From Candidatus Adlerbacteria bacterium (lineage in GTDB: Bacteria; Patescibacteriota; Minisyncoccia; Phycocordibacterales; SBAW01): a DNA stretch of 64,000 nucleotides. Shown one piece after another: positions 7,102 through 14,446 of this stretch. The notes under the pieces were generated by a model. That model searched no databases, was not told the DNA's origin, and worked only from the letters and a program-made list of their open reading frames with translations. A program made the translations under genes and the position numbers. The stretch spans positions 1,073 to 65,072 of the forward strand of contig JAQBRA010000002.1 of NCBI GenBank assembly GCA_028286685.1, given 5' to 3'. Position 1 is the first letter of the stretch; each line of letters opens with the position of its first letter.

Positions 7102-7980
7102 ATGGATTTTTTATACGGAAAGCTAGAGCAAGCACCTGAGGGTTTTTGTCCACCTGAGATGTGGCCTGAGTACGCGATCGTGTCCCAGCCTACCTGGCCC
7201 TGCACAAGCGAAGGTGTAGGCAAGGACCCCAGCGGCGTACGCTGGGGTCTATGGCCCTTTACCTTTGAAGACTACATAAGCGACAAAGAACCAAACCTGC
7301 AGGAGTCGCGCAAAGGCACACTGGCCCGCAATCGCGTTATTACGTGGGAGCGCGTGCGCAAAACCAACATACCCCGGGGATGGATGCAGTTTAGCAGAGC
7401 ACCCTCGCGCATAGATGGCGTTTTATCCCTAGATCAAGATCAGGATTATACCCTTTCATGGAATAAGAATGCCCGCCGCGATTTGCGAATTTTTAAAGAC
7501 AAAGTGGCAAGCGGGCTCTATGCAGTAGTGCCGATTTCAATGGATGCGTTTGCAGGTGCTTACCGACAAAGCCTGATAGCCCAACGTGTTGATCTCCGCC
7601 GCCTCGAGGATCTTGAGCGCAAGTTTGCACATCCAGCCGCGCAAGGACATATAAAATTATGGGGTGTTCGTAACACTCAAACTGATGCCATAGTAGCGGG
7701 CACTGCTATTAATTATTCTCCTACCTATAAAAACTCGACTCATATTGCGCCCTTTATACTTGAGGAAGGGCGCCACCTCTGCGCCGCAACGGGGCTTATT
7801 GACCATTGGTTTGCAGAATCCATAAAACACGGCTGCACTTTTGCAACCACGCTCAACTTTTGGTTTAAGGGCCAGCCCAAAGAGTGGCGCGGGTTTTCTG
7901 AATTCAAATCGCACTTTGGGTTTCAGTTTGTGGCCTATCCACCTCGGCTCTATAAGTTCGTTTTAGGGAAGATTTTTTAA
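7102..7980 (+). CDS. FemAB/CelD-like GNAT-fold (Acetyltransf_6-like) protein
   Basis: The ORF 6805..7980 reads through two tRNAs and the element, so I take the first plausible ATG at 7102 (292 aa). The C-terminal GFSEFKSHFGFQF resembles the x-Y-x-FK-x-x-FG motif of FemAB/BioF2-like acyltransferases. The gene is visibly AT-richer than its flanks. The start is uncertain because no SD is seen. Confidence 0.45.
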   Translation: MDFLYGKLEQAPEGFCPPEMWPEYAIVSQPTWPCTSEGVGKDPSGVRWGLWPFTFEDYISDKEPNLQESRKGTLARNRVITWERVRKTNIPRGWMQFSRAPSRIDGVLSLDQDQDYTLSWNKNARRDLRIFKDKVASGLYAVVPISMDAFAGAYRQSLIAQRVDLRRLEDLERKFAHPAAQGHIKLWGVRNTQTDAIVAGTAINYSPTYKNSTHIAPFILEEGRHLCAATGLIDHWFAESIKHGCTFATTLNFWFKGQPKEWRGFSEFKSHFGFQFVAYPPRLYKFVLGKIF

Positions 7981-8002
7981 ATTTTTAGTATTTCGCACTA
8001 GT

Positions 8003-8133
8003 GGTCAGGCGTTCAACATGCGCCGTCGCACACATTGCCGCACGACCCTGCCTCGCCGTCCTGCAAGCGTAGGACATGGCTCCGGCTCGCACACAAGCAG
8101 AAAGCCTCCCGCAGGGGAGGCTTTCTGCTTGTG
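8003..8133 (-). ncRNA. tRNA-3'-linked structured element, copy 2 (host tRNA-Lys), core-only variant
   Basis: Read on the minus strand after tRNA-Lys, a 22-bp perfect hairpin comes first. Then follow GAGCCGGAGC, hairpin GTCCT/AGGAC, CGAGGCAGGGTCGTGCGGC, hairpin AATGTGTGC/GCGCATGTT and GAACGCCTGACC. It lacks the tRNA-antisense segments and the clear 3' direct repeat. Confidence 0.55.
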
Positions 8134-8136
8134 TGC
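8089..8136. repeat. 48-nt perfect palindrome (22-bp stem, 4-nt loop) abutting the tRNA-Lys 3' end
   Basis: GCACACAAGCAGAAAGCCTCCC GCAG GGGAGGCTTTCTGCTTGTGTGC. The last 3 nt overlap the tRNA-Lys 3' terminus. Confidence 0.9.
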
Positions 8137-8206
8137 GCCTACCTGGATTCGAACCAGGGACAATCTCCTTAAGAGGGAGCTGCTCTACCAACTGAGCTAT
8201 AGGCGC
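8134..8206 (-). tRNA. tRNA-Lys(CTT)
   Basis: Reverse complement GCGCCTA-TA-GCTC-AGTTGGTA-GAGC-A-GCTCC-CTCTTAA-GGAGA-TTGTC-CCTGG-TTCGAAT-CCAGG-TAGGCGC-A. Confidence 0.88.
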
Positions 8207-8335
8207 GAGTGAGGCTGGCACCAGGAATTCGTTCCTGATTGCCCGAACGAGCGGCCTATATGATTTCTCATATAGGCGCATCCGAACAGGAAAAATATAG
8301 CATAAAAATGGCTTTGCGCATAGAATGGCGATATC

Positions 8336-8417
8336 GCTGGAGTGGCGGAATTGGTATACGCGCCAGTCTTAGGAACTGGTCCCGCAAGGGTTGGAGGTTC
8401 AAGTCCTCTCTCCAGCA
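8336..8417 (+). tRNA. tRNA-Leu(TAG)
   Basis: Acceptor GCTGGAG/CTCCAGC, anticodon stem CCAGT/ACTGG with loop CTTAGGA, variable arm CCC-GCAA-GGG, T arm GGAGG-TTCAAGT-CCTCT, discriminator A. Confidence 0.88.
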
Positions 8418-8427
8418 CAATTTTGAA

Positions 8428-8465
8428 AAGCTAAAATCCCCTTTATTTTAAGGGGATTTTAGCTT
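8428..8465 (+). terminator. Hairpin terminator after tRNA-Leu(TAG)
   Basis: AAGCTAAAATCCCCTT-TATTTT-AAGGGGATTTTAGCTT is a 16-bp perfect stem with a U-rich 3' arm. Confidence 0.6.
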
Positions 8466-8491
8466 GACAAACCCATACAATATGATATAAT
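8464..8491 (+). promoter_or_regulatory. Sigma70-like promoter for the SPFH operon
   Basis: TTGACA (8464..8469), 16-nt spacer, TATAAT (8486..8491), about 80 nt upstream of the ATG at 8574. Confidence 0.6.
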
Positions 8492-8573
8492 AGATAGCGG
8501 ACGGTATGGTCTGCCCTAAGGCGACTCGTATCAAAAATTCATCGCACTTCGACAACAGAATAGGGGTCTTAAA

Positions 8574-9734
8574 ATGACACACATGGACGTTGCTCCAGGT
8601 CCGGATATCGTCAGTCGAGATACGGACCGAGTCGACACTTATCCCGCCTACTACTTCCTCGCACTCATTGTGCTTGCGGCGGCCTGGTTTCTGACAGGTC
8701 TCGTATTTTACGGGATACCCGTCGGATACGGCAGCTTAACGATCTACATGAGCACCGTCATCTGGGCTTTGGGAGCCGCGCACTTTGCGACCAGCTTCAG
8801 GATTGTAGAGCCTGACTACTTCGCTGGCGTCCTGGTGTTCGGAACGCCGACCGTTGTCGTGACTGGCAAACCGCTCTTGGTGCCCATGGGAATCTTTAAA
8901 GTCATAGAGATCTCCCGGGGCATCATCCAAATGGAGCTGCCCAACGAGCCGAATCTCATCTTCCGCAAAGAGGATGTAGAGATTGTTCCTCCTGGCATGT
9001 CACCCCCAATCCGGGTGACCTTCAAGAAGGGAGTGGCAGGCGACGATGGCTTTGATCCAAACGATCCGTTTGATGACAGGTCGACTCAAGAAGTGACTCC
9101 TATCATTCGCTTCAGGATTCAAGACGAAGAAGGGTTCTGGACGTTCTTCGTAAGGCTCGGAGGATTCGACGAAGCGCGCAAGCAAGCCGAAGACATGAGC
9201 ATCGCCGTTCTCCAGCAGTGGCTGACAGCACTCACTCTTCGGCAAGCTTTCGCGGGTATCGGAACAATCAACCGACATTACGACGATTACATCCGAGCGC
9301 AGACTAAAGGATGGGGCATCGAGATCGACAGTGCACACATCAAACTTATTGGCCTGTCGCACTCCTTCAATACAGCCATCCAGGATATCCCGCGCGCCAA
9401 AGCCGAAAAACTTGCTCGAACTTCTCGGGCAGAAGCTAAGCAGATTGAGCTCACGCGCGAAGGACTCGGCGAGGCTAATGCCAGAAAAGCACTTCTTTTT
9501 GCTGAAGCCTCTGGTCTTGAAGAGAAAGCGAAGTCACTTGGCGTAACCGGACACGACATGCTCGGTGCCGATACGGCCCGAGCGATCGGAGAGTCCGGCA
9601 ATATGATTATTGTCGGCGCTCAAGGCCTTACGGAAGCCGTTACCGCCGCGTTTGCGGCGGGAAAAGGCATGCAAGGAAAACCCAAACCCACACCCCCTGC
9701 CACTGAACCAGGCACACCACCCACTGGAGCATAG
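8574..9734 (+). CDS. SPFH/Band-7 (stomatin/HflK-like) domain membrane protein
   Basis: 386 aa with two N-terminal TM helices and an SPFH-like core (FRIVEPDYFAGVLVFGTP...PLLVPMGIFKVIEISRG). An Ala/Glu/Lys-rich coiled-coil and a Pro-rich tail follow. Confidence 0.65.
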   Translation: MTHMDVAPGPDIVSRDTDRVDTYPAYYFLALIVLAAAWFLTGLVFYGIPVGYGSLTIYMSTVIWALGAAHFATSFRIVEPDYFAGVLVFGTPTVVVTGKPLLVPMGIFKVIEISRGIIQMELPNEPNLIFRKEDVEIVPPGMSPPIRVTFKKGVAGDDGFDPNDPFDDRSTQEVTPIIRFRIQDEEGFWTFFVRLGGFDEARKQAEDMSIAVLQQWLTALTLRQAFAGIGTINRHYDDYIRAQTKGWGIEIDSAHIKLIGLSHSFNTAIQDIPRAKAEKLARTSRAEAKQIELTREGLGEANARKALLFAEASGLEEKAKSLGVTGHDMLGADTARAIGESGNMIIVGAQGLTEAVTAAFAAGKGMQGKPKPTPPATEPGTPPTGA

Positions 9735-9736
9735 AA

Positions 9737-10642
9737 ATGGAACTGACTTACGGAATCGCTATCTTTGTCCTCGTGGTGTTTTCCGTTTATTTTGGAAGAC
9801 ACTGGGAAAAGAAAGGCTCTACACGTATCAGCAGACCATCCCCCGTAACCCCTTCTACCAGAACACCGGAAGATACCGCAAACGAAGACAAAACTCCTCC
9901 TGCGGCTTCTGGCTGGTGGAAAGCGATAGGGGGCGTATCTGGTCGGTTTGTAACCTATTGGTCGACAAACTGGGCGTATGTTCTTCTGCCGCCCGCAGCG
10001 GTAGCACTGTCCCTTGTCCTGTTTGCATACTCCTTCCCTGAATGGTGGTGGTCATACAAACAATGGAATGGACCGACCTGGCAACTTGTGGTTGCCACGC
10101 TCGCACTCGGACTTATCAAGGTCTCTCCTCTCGCGCCCTCTTGGCGCGGGAGACTTACGGCATTAGTGCTCGTATTCGCGGTCGGAGCCTTTGTGTGGAC
10201 ACTTCTTGTCCGGGCTCCGTTCTTCTGCGCTCCTGGCGACACCGCGTGTCGCCAGGAGGAAGCCCGGGTGGCGAACGAGAAGCGTCTGGCCGTCCTGCAA
10301 GATCAGGCACGGCGCGCTAAACAAGAGCGGCGTGATGCAGTGGCACGAACGGACTGCACCCATGGCGTGTTGGCGACCATAGAGCTCAACCAAGAGCCGG
10401 TCACATTCCCCAACCGCTGCGTGTTTATCTTCGATATTACGGCCGGACCTGTCTGGTTCAAGGGCAGGGACGGCACTGTTGTCGGAGGCAGCACCGGAGT
10501 TACTGCAGGAGCTCGAGTGCCATGGCCCAGCGGGTTTCGACTCCTGGGCGCATGGTCGCGAGGCAACGGCAAGCTCGAAGGCGTCTTCTGCCCGGAAGAG
10601 CGGCCGGTATGGCGCAGCGGAACTTGCTCGCATACCGGTTAG
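9737..10642 (+). CDS. Multi-pass membrane protein of unknown function, SPFH-operon partner
   Basis: 301 aa starting 3 nt after the SPFH stop. It has about 4 TM helices, a charged coiled segment (RQEEARVANEKRLAVLQDQARRAKQERRD) and a Cys-containing C-terminal domain. I recognise no family. Confidence 0.55.
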   Translation: MELTYGIAIFVLVVFSVYFGRHWEKKGSTRISRPSPVTPSTRTPEDTANEDKTPPAASGWWKAIGGVSGRFVTYWSTNWAYVLLPPAAVALSLVLFAYSFPEWWWSYKQWNGPTWQLVVATLALGLIKVSPLAPSWRGRLTALVLVFAVGAFVWTLLVRAPFFCAPGDTACRQEEARVANEKRLAVLQDQARRAKQERRDAVARTDCTHGVLATIELNQEPVTFPNRCVFIFDITAGPVWFKGRDGTVVGGSTGVTAGARVPWPSGFRLLGAWSRGNGKLEGVFCPEERPVWRSGTCSHTG

Positions 10643-10792
10643 CAAACTTAGTTCTTACTGAAATCCCTTCTGGGGTACGCAGGACCAATTGGTCCTGCGT
10701 TTTTCTTTTCCCAAAAACCCTTATAAAAGGCCGTCTTTTGCTCCCCTCTCCCATCACTTGACTTTTATACTCAAGTATGCTACTATTGATAT

Positions 10793-11269
10793 ATGCAAAA
10801 GACCCTTATAACCACTGCCGTGTTGGCCGCGCTTTTTGCTCCTCTATCAGCTATAGCCGCCTCGGTACCCACCGGATACTCTTACGACCCGGGCTATTCC
10901 TACACGCCTGGATACTCATATACCCCTGGCTACTCTATCCCGTCCGGCCACTCTGAAAACTCAGGCACTTCTATATCGTCGGGCCAGTCAATCTCAAGCG
11001 GTTCATCCATACCGTCGGGCCACTCTATACCTTCCGGCTACTCTATCCCCTCCGGACACTCGATACCTTCCGGCCATTCCGTAGAATCGGGACACTCTAT
11101 ATCGTCCGGCCAGTCCATCCAAACCGGCCATTCTATACAGTCGGGTTACTCTATTAGCTCCGGACATTCCATACAGTCGGGCCGCTCTATTCAGACCGGA
11201 TACTCAATACCTTCCGGCCGCTCCATAGAGTCCGGACATTCGATAGAGGGAACAAAGCTCAGCTGGTAA
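10793..11269 (+). CDS. Secreted hexapeptide-repeat protein ((S/T)G(H/Y/R/Q)SI(P/Q/S/E))n
   Basis: 158 aa with signal peptide MQKTLITTAVLAALFAPLSAIAAS, then about 20 tandem 6-aa units (PGYSYT..., SGHSIP, SGQSIS, TGHSIQ...). A strong terminator follows. Confidence 0.7.
   Translation: MQKTLITTAVLAALFAPLSAIAASVPTGYSYDPGYSYTPGYSYTPGYSIPSGHSENSGTSISSGQSISSGSSIPSGHSIPSGYSIPSGHSIPSGHSVESGHSISSGQSIQTGHSIQSGYSISSGHSIQSGRSIQTGYSIPSGRSIESGHSIEGTKLSW
10868..11252 (+). repeat. Imperfect 18-nt tandem repeat array (coding)
   Basis: The DNA periodicity of 18 nt underlies the hexapeptide repeats of the 10793..11269 CDS. Confidence 0.8.
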
Positions 11270-11282
11270 TACCCCGAAAGCC

Positions 11283-11321
11283 AAAACAAAACTCCCGGAC
11301 TTACGTCCGGGAGTTTTGTTT
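11283..11321. terminator. Bidirectional rho-independent terminator
   Basis: AAAACAAAACTCCCGGAC-TTAC-GTCCGGGAGTTTTGTTT lies between the convergent genes ending at 11269 and 11336. Confidence 0.8.
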
Positions 11322-11335
11322 CTGCACTTACTACA

Positions 11336-11617
11336 TTAGCAAGGCAAATTGCCGCCAACCATAGTAGAGATAAGTTTTATGATTGCAATGGCGGAGACCA
11401 TGATAAACATGCCTCCCAGGCCCCACAGCATATGCTGTTTGCCCTCTTCTTTCTTGCCGGCCTCATTGCTTAGGCCCCACAGAAATTCCACAAGCCCCCA
11501 GACGAACACCAAAAGCCCTGCCGCGAATATGAGTGCGAGTAGCGGGTTTATAAACGCCTCGGTCAGCTTGCCGACGATGGTGCAGGTAGCGCTATTTGTA
11601 ACGGCAGCAGATAGCAT
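11336..11617 (-). CDS. TrbC/VirB2-like (T4SS-pilin family) small membrane protein, paralog 5
   Basis: 93 aa with two TM helices and the shared motif LLVFVWGLVEFLWGLS...GKQHMLWGLGGMFIMVSAIAII. Confidence 0.6.
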   Translation of the reverse strand: MLSAAVTNSATCTIVGKLTEAFINPLLALIFAAGLLVFVWGLVEFLWGLSNEAGKKEEGKQHMLWGLGGMFIMVSAIAIIKLISTMVGGNLPC

Positions 11618-11622
11618 GATTA

Positions 11623-12018
11623 TTATGGGGTATACCCGTCTTTACCGAAGAGAGGGCCGCTGCTATTGCCATACTGTATCTGCGGGGCTTTTCCTCGGGC
11701 ATTTTCATCGATACCGAGCGCTTCTTGCATAAGGGCAACAATACCCCAAACCGACACCATAACAAACAAGGTTATAAGGCCCCACTTCATCAGGTCCTTG
11801 CCCTTCTCGTGCCCGCTCTTGCTCGATGCCCCCCACAGGTAGCGCACCAAGCCCCAGAAGAACACGACCAGCGCTAGGGTAATGAGTATCGGTATGAGCG
11901 CTCCTATAAGACTCCCAAAAGCCCCTAAGAGGCTTTCAATAGGCGACAGGTTAAGTCCTTGGGCAGAGGCCCATGCGGGCAAAGCGAACAGGAGCAAAGC
12001 TGCAGACCTTTTTATCAT
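11623..12018 (-). CDS. TrbC/VirB2-like (T4SS-pilin family) small membrane protein, paralog 4
   Basis: 131 aa with a signal peptide and LITLALVVFFWGLVRYLWG...GKDLMKWGLITLFVMVSVWGIV. It is near-identical in its core to the 12019..12372 product. Confidence 0.65.
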   Translation of the reverse strand: MIKRSAALLLFALPAWASAQGLNLSPIESLLGAFGSLIGALIPILITLALVVFFWGLVRYLWGASSKSGHEKGKDLMKWGLITLFVMVSVWGIVALMQEALGIDENARGKAPQIQYGNSSGPLFGKDGYTP

Positions 12019-12372
12019 TTACGGTACGAGTGCTTTAGGAGAGAGGACATCTGCATTGCGCTGGACACCCAAAGCATCCTGGGCCAGGCGGACAATGCCC
12101 CAGACCGACACCATGACAAACAAAGTTACGAGACCCCACTTCATCAGGTCCTTAGCACCGGCGGTGTTTGACTTGCCGCCAGCGCCGTACAAGTAGCGCA
12201 CCAAGCCCCAGAAAAAGACAACGAGTGCCAAGGTGATGAGTATCGGAACCAAGGCGGCAACGAGGCGGCCTACGGCGCCAATAAGATTGGCCAAAGGCTG
12301 TAGGCTCTGAGCCGAAGCCGCAAGCGGCAGTGCTAAAGAAAGGGCTGATAGTGCGGCGAAGGTCTTTTTCAT
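12019..12372 (-). CDS. TrbC/VirB2-like (T4SS-pilin family) small membrane protein, paralog 3
   Basis: 117 aa with a signal peptide and LITLALVVFFWGLVRYLYG...AKDLMKWGLVTLFVMVSVWGIV. Confidence 0.65.
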   Translation of the reverse strand: MKKTFAALSALSLALPLAASAQSLQPLANLIGAVGRLVAALVPILITLALVVFFWGLVRYLYGAGGKSNTAGAKDLMKWGLVTLFVMVSVWGIVRLAQDALGVQRNADVLSPKALVP

Positions 12373-12455
12373 TAAAATAACTTAAACGGGTATGGCTCTA
12401 TTCTAGCAGGCCCCTGCTCTCTTTTGCTTTGCCGTGTGGATAACAAAGGGCCAGG

Positions 12456-12698
12456 TTAGGCCGGCAGGAATATCCCCTGTAGCAATTGCAGTATGCCAAA
12501 TATGGATACCAGCACAAACAGCGCCACCAGGCCCCAGCCCAACAGCTCTTTTTGGCCCTGCTTGTCATGCGAGTCGCCGGACAGGTACAAGAACCGTACT
12601 GCGCCCCATAAAAATATGGCCAGCGCTACCGAGCCCAAGAGAGCCACCAGGACGTTTATAACGCTAATTATCTGGCCAACGAGGACGGAAAAAGTCAT
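12456..12698 (-). CDS. TrbC/VirB2-like (T4SS-pilin family) small membrane protein, paralog 2
   Basis: 80 aa with LAIFLWGAVRFLYLSGDSHDKQGQKELLGWGLVALFVLVSIFGIL. Confidence 0.6.
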   Translation of the reverse strand: MTFSVLVGQIISVINVLVALLGSVALAIFLWGAVRFLYLSGDSHDKQGQKELLGWGLVALFVLVSIFGILQLLQGIFLPA

Positions 12699-12701
12699 AT
12701 A

Positions 12702-13148
12702 TTAGCGGCCACAGAACTGTATCGTACCGCTGGTATCGAGCGTTTGGATAGTTGCCGAAATGATGCTGGCCAAGGTCCAAGCGCCCAGGAATATGGCAAT
12801 GCCTAAAATGACAAACTTAAAGTTCCTTTTAGCGTCGTCGAGCCCTGTCGCGCTGCCACGGGCCAATATAAACCTGAAACCCGACCATACTAAGAACAAG
12901 ACCGCGATCGGCATGCCTATCGCCATAATAATGTTGAGCAGGGCCTTGACCAGGTTGCAGAAATCATCAACGCCCAGCGGGTTACACAACTTAAAAGTAC
13001 CTCCTTGTGATCCGCAATCAGAGCCTGTGGGAACGGAATTTTGATATGTCCCTGTCTGGACAGAGTTTGCCTGCGCCAAAGCAAATTGTGGAATAAGTAT
13101 TATTCCACAAAGGATGAGCGAGGTTGAGATAAATTTATAAAATTTCAT
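12702..13148 (-). CDS. TrbC/VirB2-like pilin-type protein with Cys-containing N-terminal extension, paralog 1
   Basis: 148 aa with a signal peptide and a Cys-rich segment, then VLFLVWSGFRFILARG...AKRNFKFVILGIAIFLGAWTLASII. Confidence 0.55.
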   Translation of the reverse strand: MKFYKFISTSLILCGIILIPQFALAQANSVQTGTYQNSVPTGSDCGSQGGTFKLCNPLGVDDFCNLVKALLNIIMAIGMPIAVLFLVWSGFRFILARGSATGLDDAKRNFKFVILGIAIFLGAWTLASIISATIQTLDTSGTIQFCGR

Positions 13149-14440
13149 TGATTTGGCAAAAGCTGGCGCATAGCCTGGGCGGCATCAAAAACGGCCTGCT
13201 CGGGGTCGGTGCGCCCCGATGAGACAGATTCTATCATTGTTTTAAAGATGTTATTGGTCGCCGAGGCGTTCGGGTCATTCCACGAGCGCGAGATAAGCGC
13301 TGACTGTACGAACACCTCTCCGGCGGCAGAAGCCGAGGTGTCTATGGGCACATCGCGGCGCACCGGCGGCAAGGTGGTCTGCCCCGATACGGCAGCAATG
13401 CCTGCGGCCGAGGTAAGCTTTTGGGCCACCGCCAAAGCTCCGGCCGGGTTCTGCGCCCCGCGAGCAATGGAGAGCCCCGCGATATTGCCGGAGGTAATGC
13501 GGGATGAAGCGCCCATAAGCTGGGGCAGCACCGCAACGCCAAAGCGCAGGTTGGGATTGCGCTCCGCTATGGAGCGGTACTCGCTGGCAAAGCCGAAGTA
13601 AACTGCAACGTCGCCCGAAGCAAATGCGTTGTACGAGTTGGGCAGCGAGCGGTTCCACGAGTAGGTGGTTTTAGAAGGGTTGGCAAAATCGGTATAAAAC
13701 CGCAAGGCTCCGGCAGCCGGCGTGTCGCTCTGGTTTTCAGGCTTGGAACCTAAGACAGTGGTAAGCGCGCCCGCAGCATTGCGACTCGTGACAAAGTCTC
13801 CGGTCTGCATGAACAGGGCCGACAGGACCGCCTTGCCGTTGTTTATGTTGTCCCAGGTGCCCAGCGCCACCGCCGACTTGCGGACCGAGCCGGCAGAGAG
13901 CGAGGTTATCTTGGGCGCCAAGGTAATGAGATCATTCCAATACTGGGGCGGCTGGGCGATGCCAACCCCGGTAAAGGTGTCGCGGTTCCAGTACATGACC
14001 AAGGGGTCTATGGTAAACGGCAAGGCCAAGATGCCTCCCGGGGTCAAAAACAGCTGGCCCTCGTCAACAAAGGACGACATGAACGTGCTTTGCGTCACGG
14101 CGCTGTACGGGATAGGCACTATCTTGTCGGAAAGCCCGCCCATGCTGCTCTGCGAGAGGAAGACCAGGTCCGGACCGGTGCCTGCTGCAATGGCATTTAC
14201 CAGGTCAGACTCGTACGTGGCCGGGCTGTGATAGTAATACTGCACATCCGAGAGGCTCTTATCCGCGCTAGACACCTCGCCTAGGACCGAGTCCATGGTC
14301 GACTGGTCGATAGTGCCCCAGACAATAACCGTGCCTATTCCCCCTTGGCCGCCCACACCCCCAAAAAGAGCGAAGACGCCGATACCGATGACGACAAGGG
14401 CTACGAAAATGCCGGTAACTATGGTTTGGAAGCTGGACAT
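13145..14440 (-). CDS. Membrane-anchored extracellular solute-binding protein (SBP_bac_1-like)
   Basis: 431 aa with an N-terminal TM anchor. SBP-like blocks are IVWGTID..., GTGPDLVFLSQ, DPLVMYWNRDTF and PPQYWNDL. No permease or ATPase gene is adjacent. Confidence 0.65.
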   Translation of the reverse strand: MSSFQTIVTGIFVALVVIGIGVFALFGGVGGQGGIGTVIVWGTIDQSTMDSVLGEVSSADKSLSDVQYYYHSPATYESDLVNAIAAGTGPDLVFLSQSSMGGLSDKIVPIPYSAVTQSTFMSSFVDEGQLFLTPGGILALPFTIDPLVMYWNRDTFTGVGIAQPPQYWNDLITLAPKITSLSAGSVRKSAVALGTWDNINNGKAVLSALFMQTGDFVTSRNAAGALTTVLGSKPENQSDTPAAGALRFYTDFANPSKTTYSWNRSLPNSYNAFASGDVAVYFGFASEYRSIAERNPNLRFGVAVLPQLMGASSRITSGNIAGLSIARGAQNPAGALAVAQKLTSAAGIAAVSGQTTLPPVRRDVPIDTSASAAGEVFVQSALISRSWNDPNASATNNIFKTMIESVSSGRTDPEQAVFDAAQAMRQLLPNQ

Positions 14441-14446
14441 GCGGTA

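Noticed and set aside
7102-7980. Idea that this gene is the recombinase or transposase mobilising the tRNA-linked module
   Set aside because: No tyrosine-recombinase (R..HxxR..Y), serine-recombinase, DDE/DEDD or RT motifs are visible. The C-terminal motif points to a FemAB/GNAT-like fold instead.
7985-8451. Track ORFs 7985..8281(-), 8018..8212(+), 8197..8418(-), 8239..8451(+)
   Set aside because: They overlap tRNA-Lys, tRNA-Leu, the palindrome and the module, and have no coding signal.
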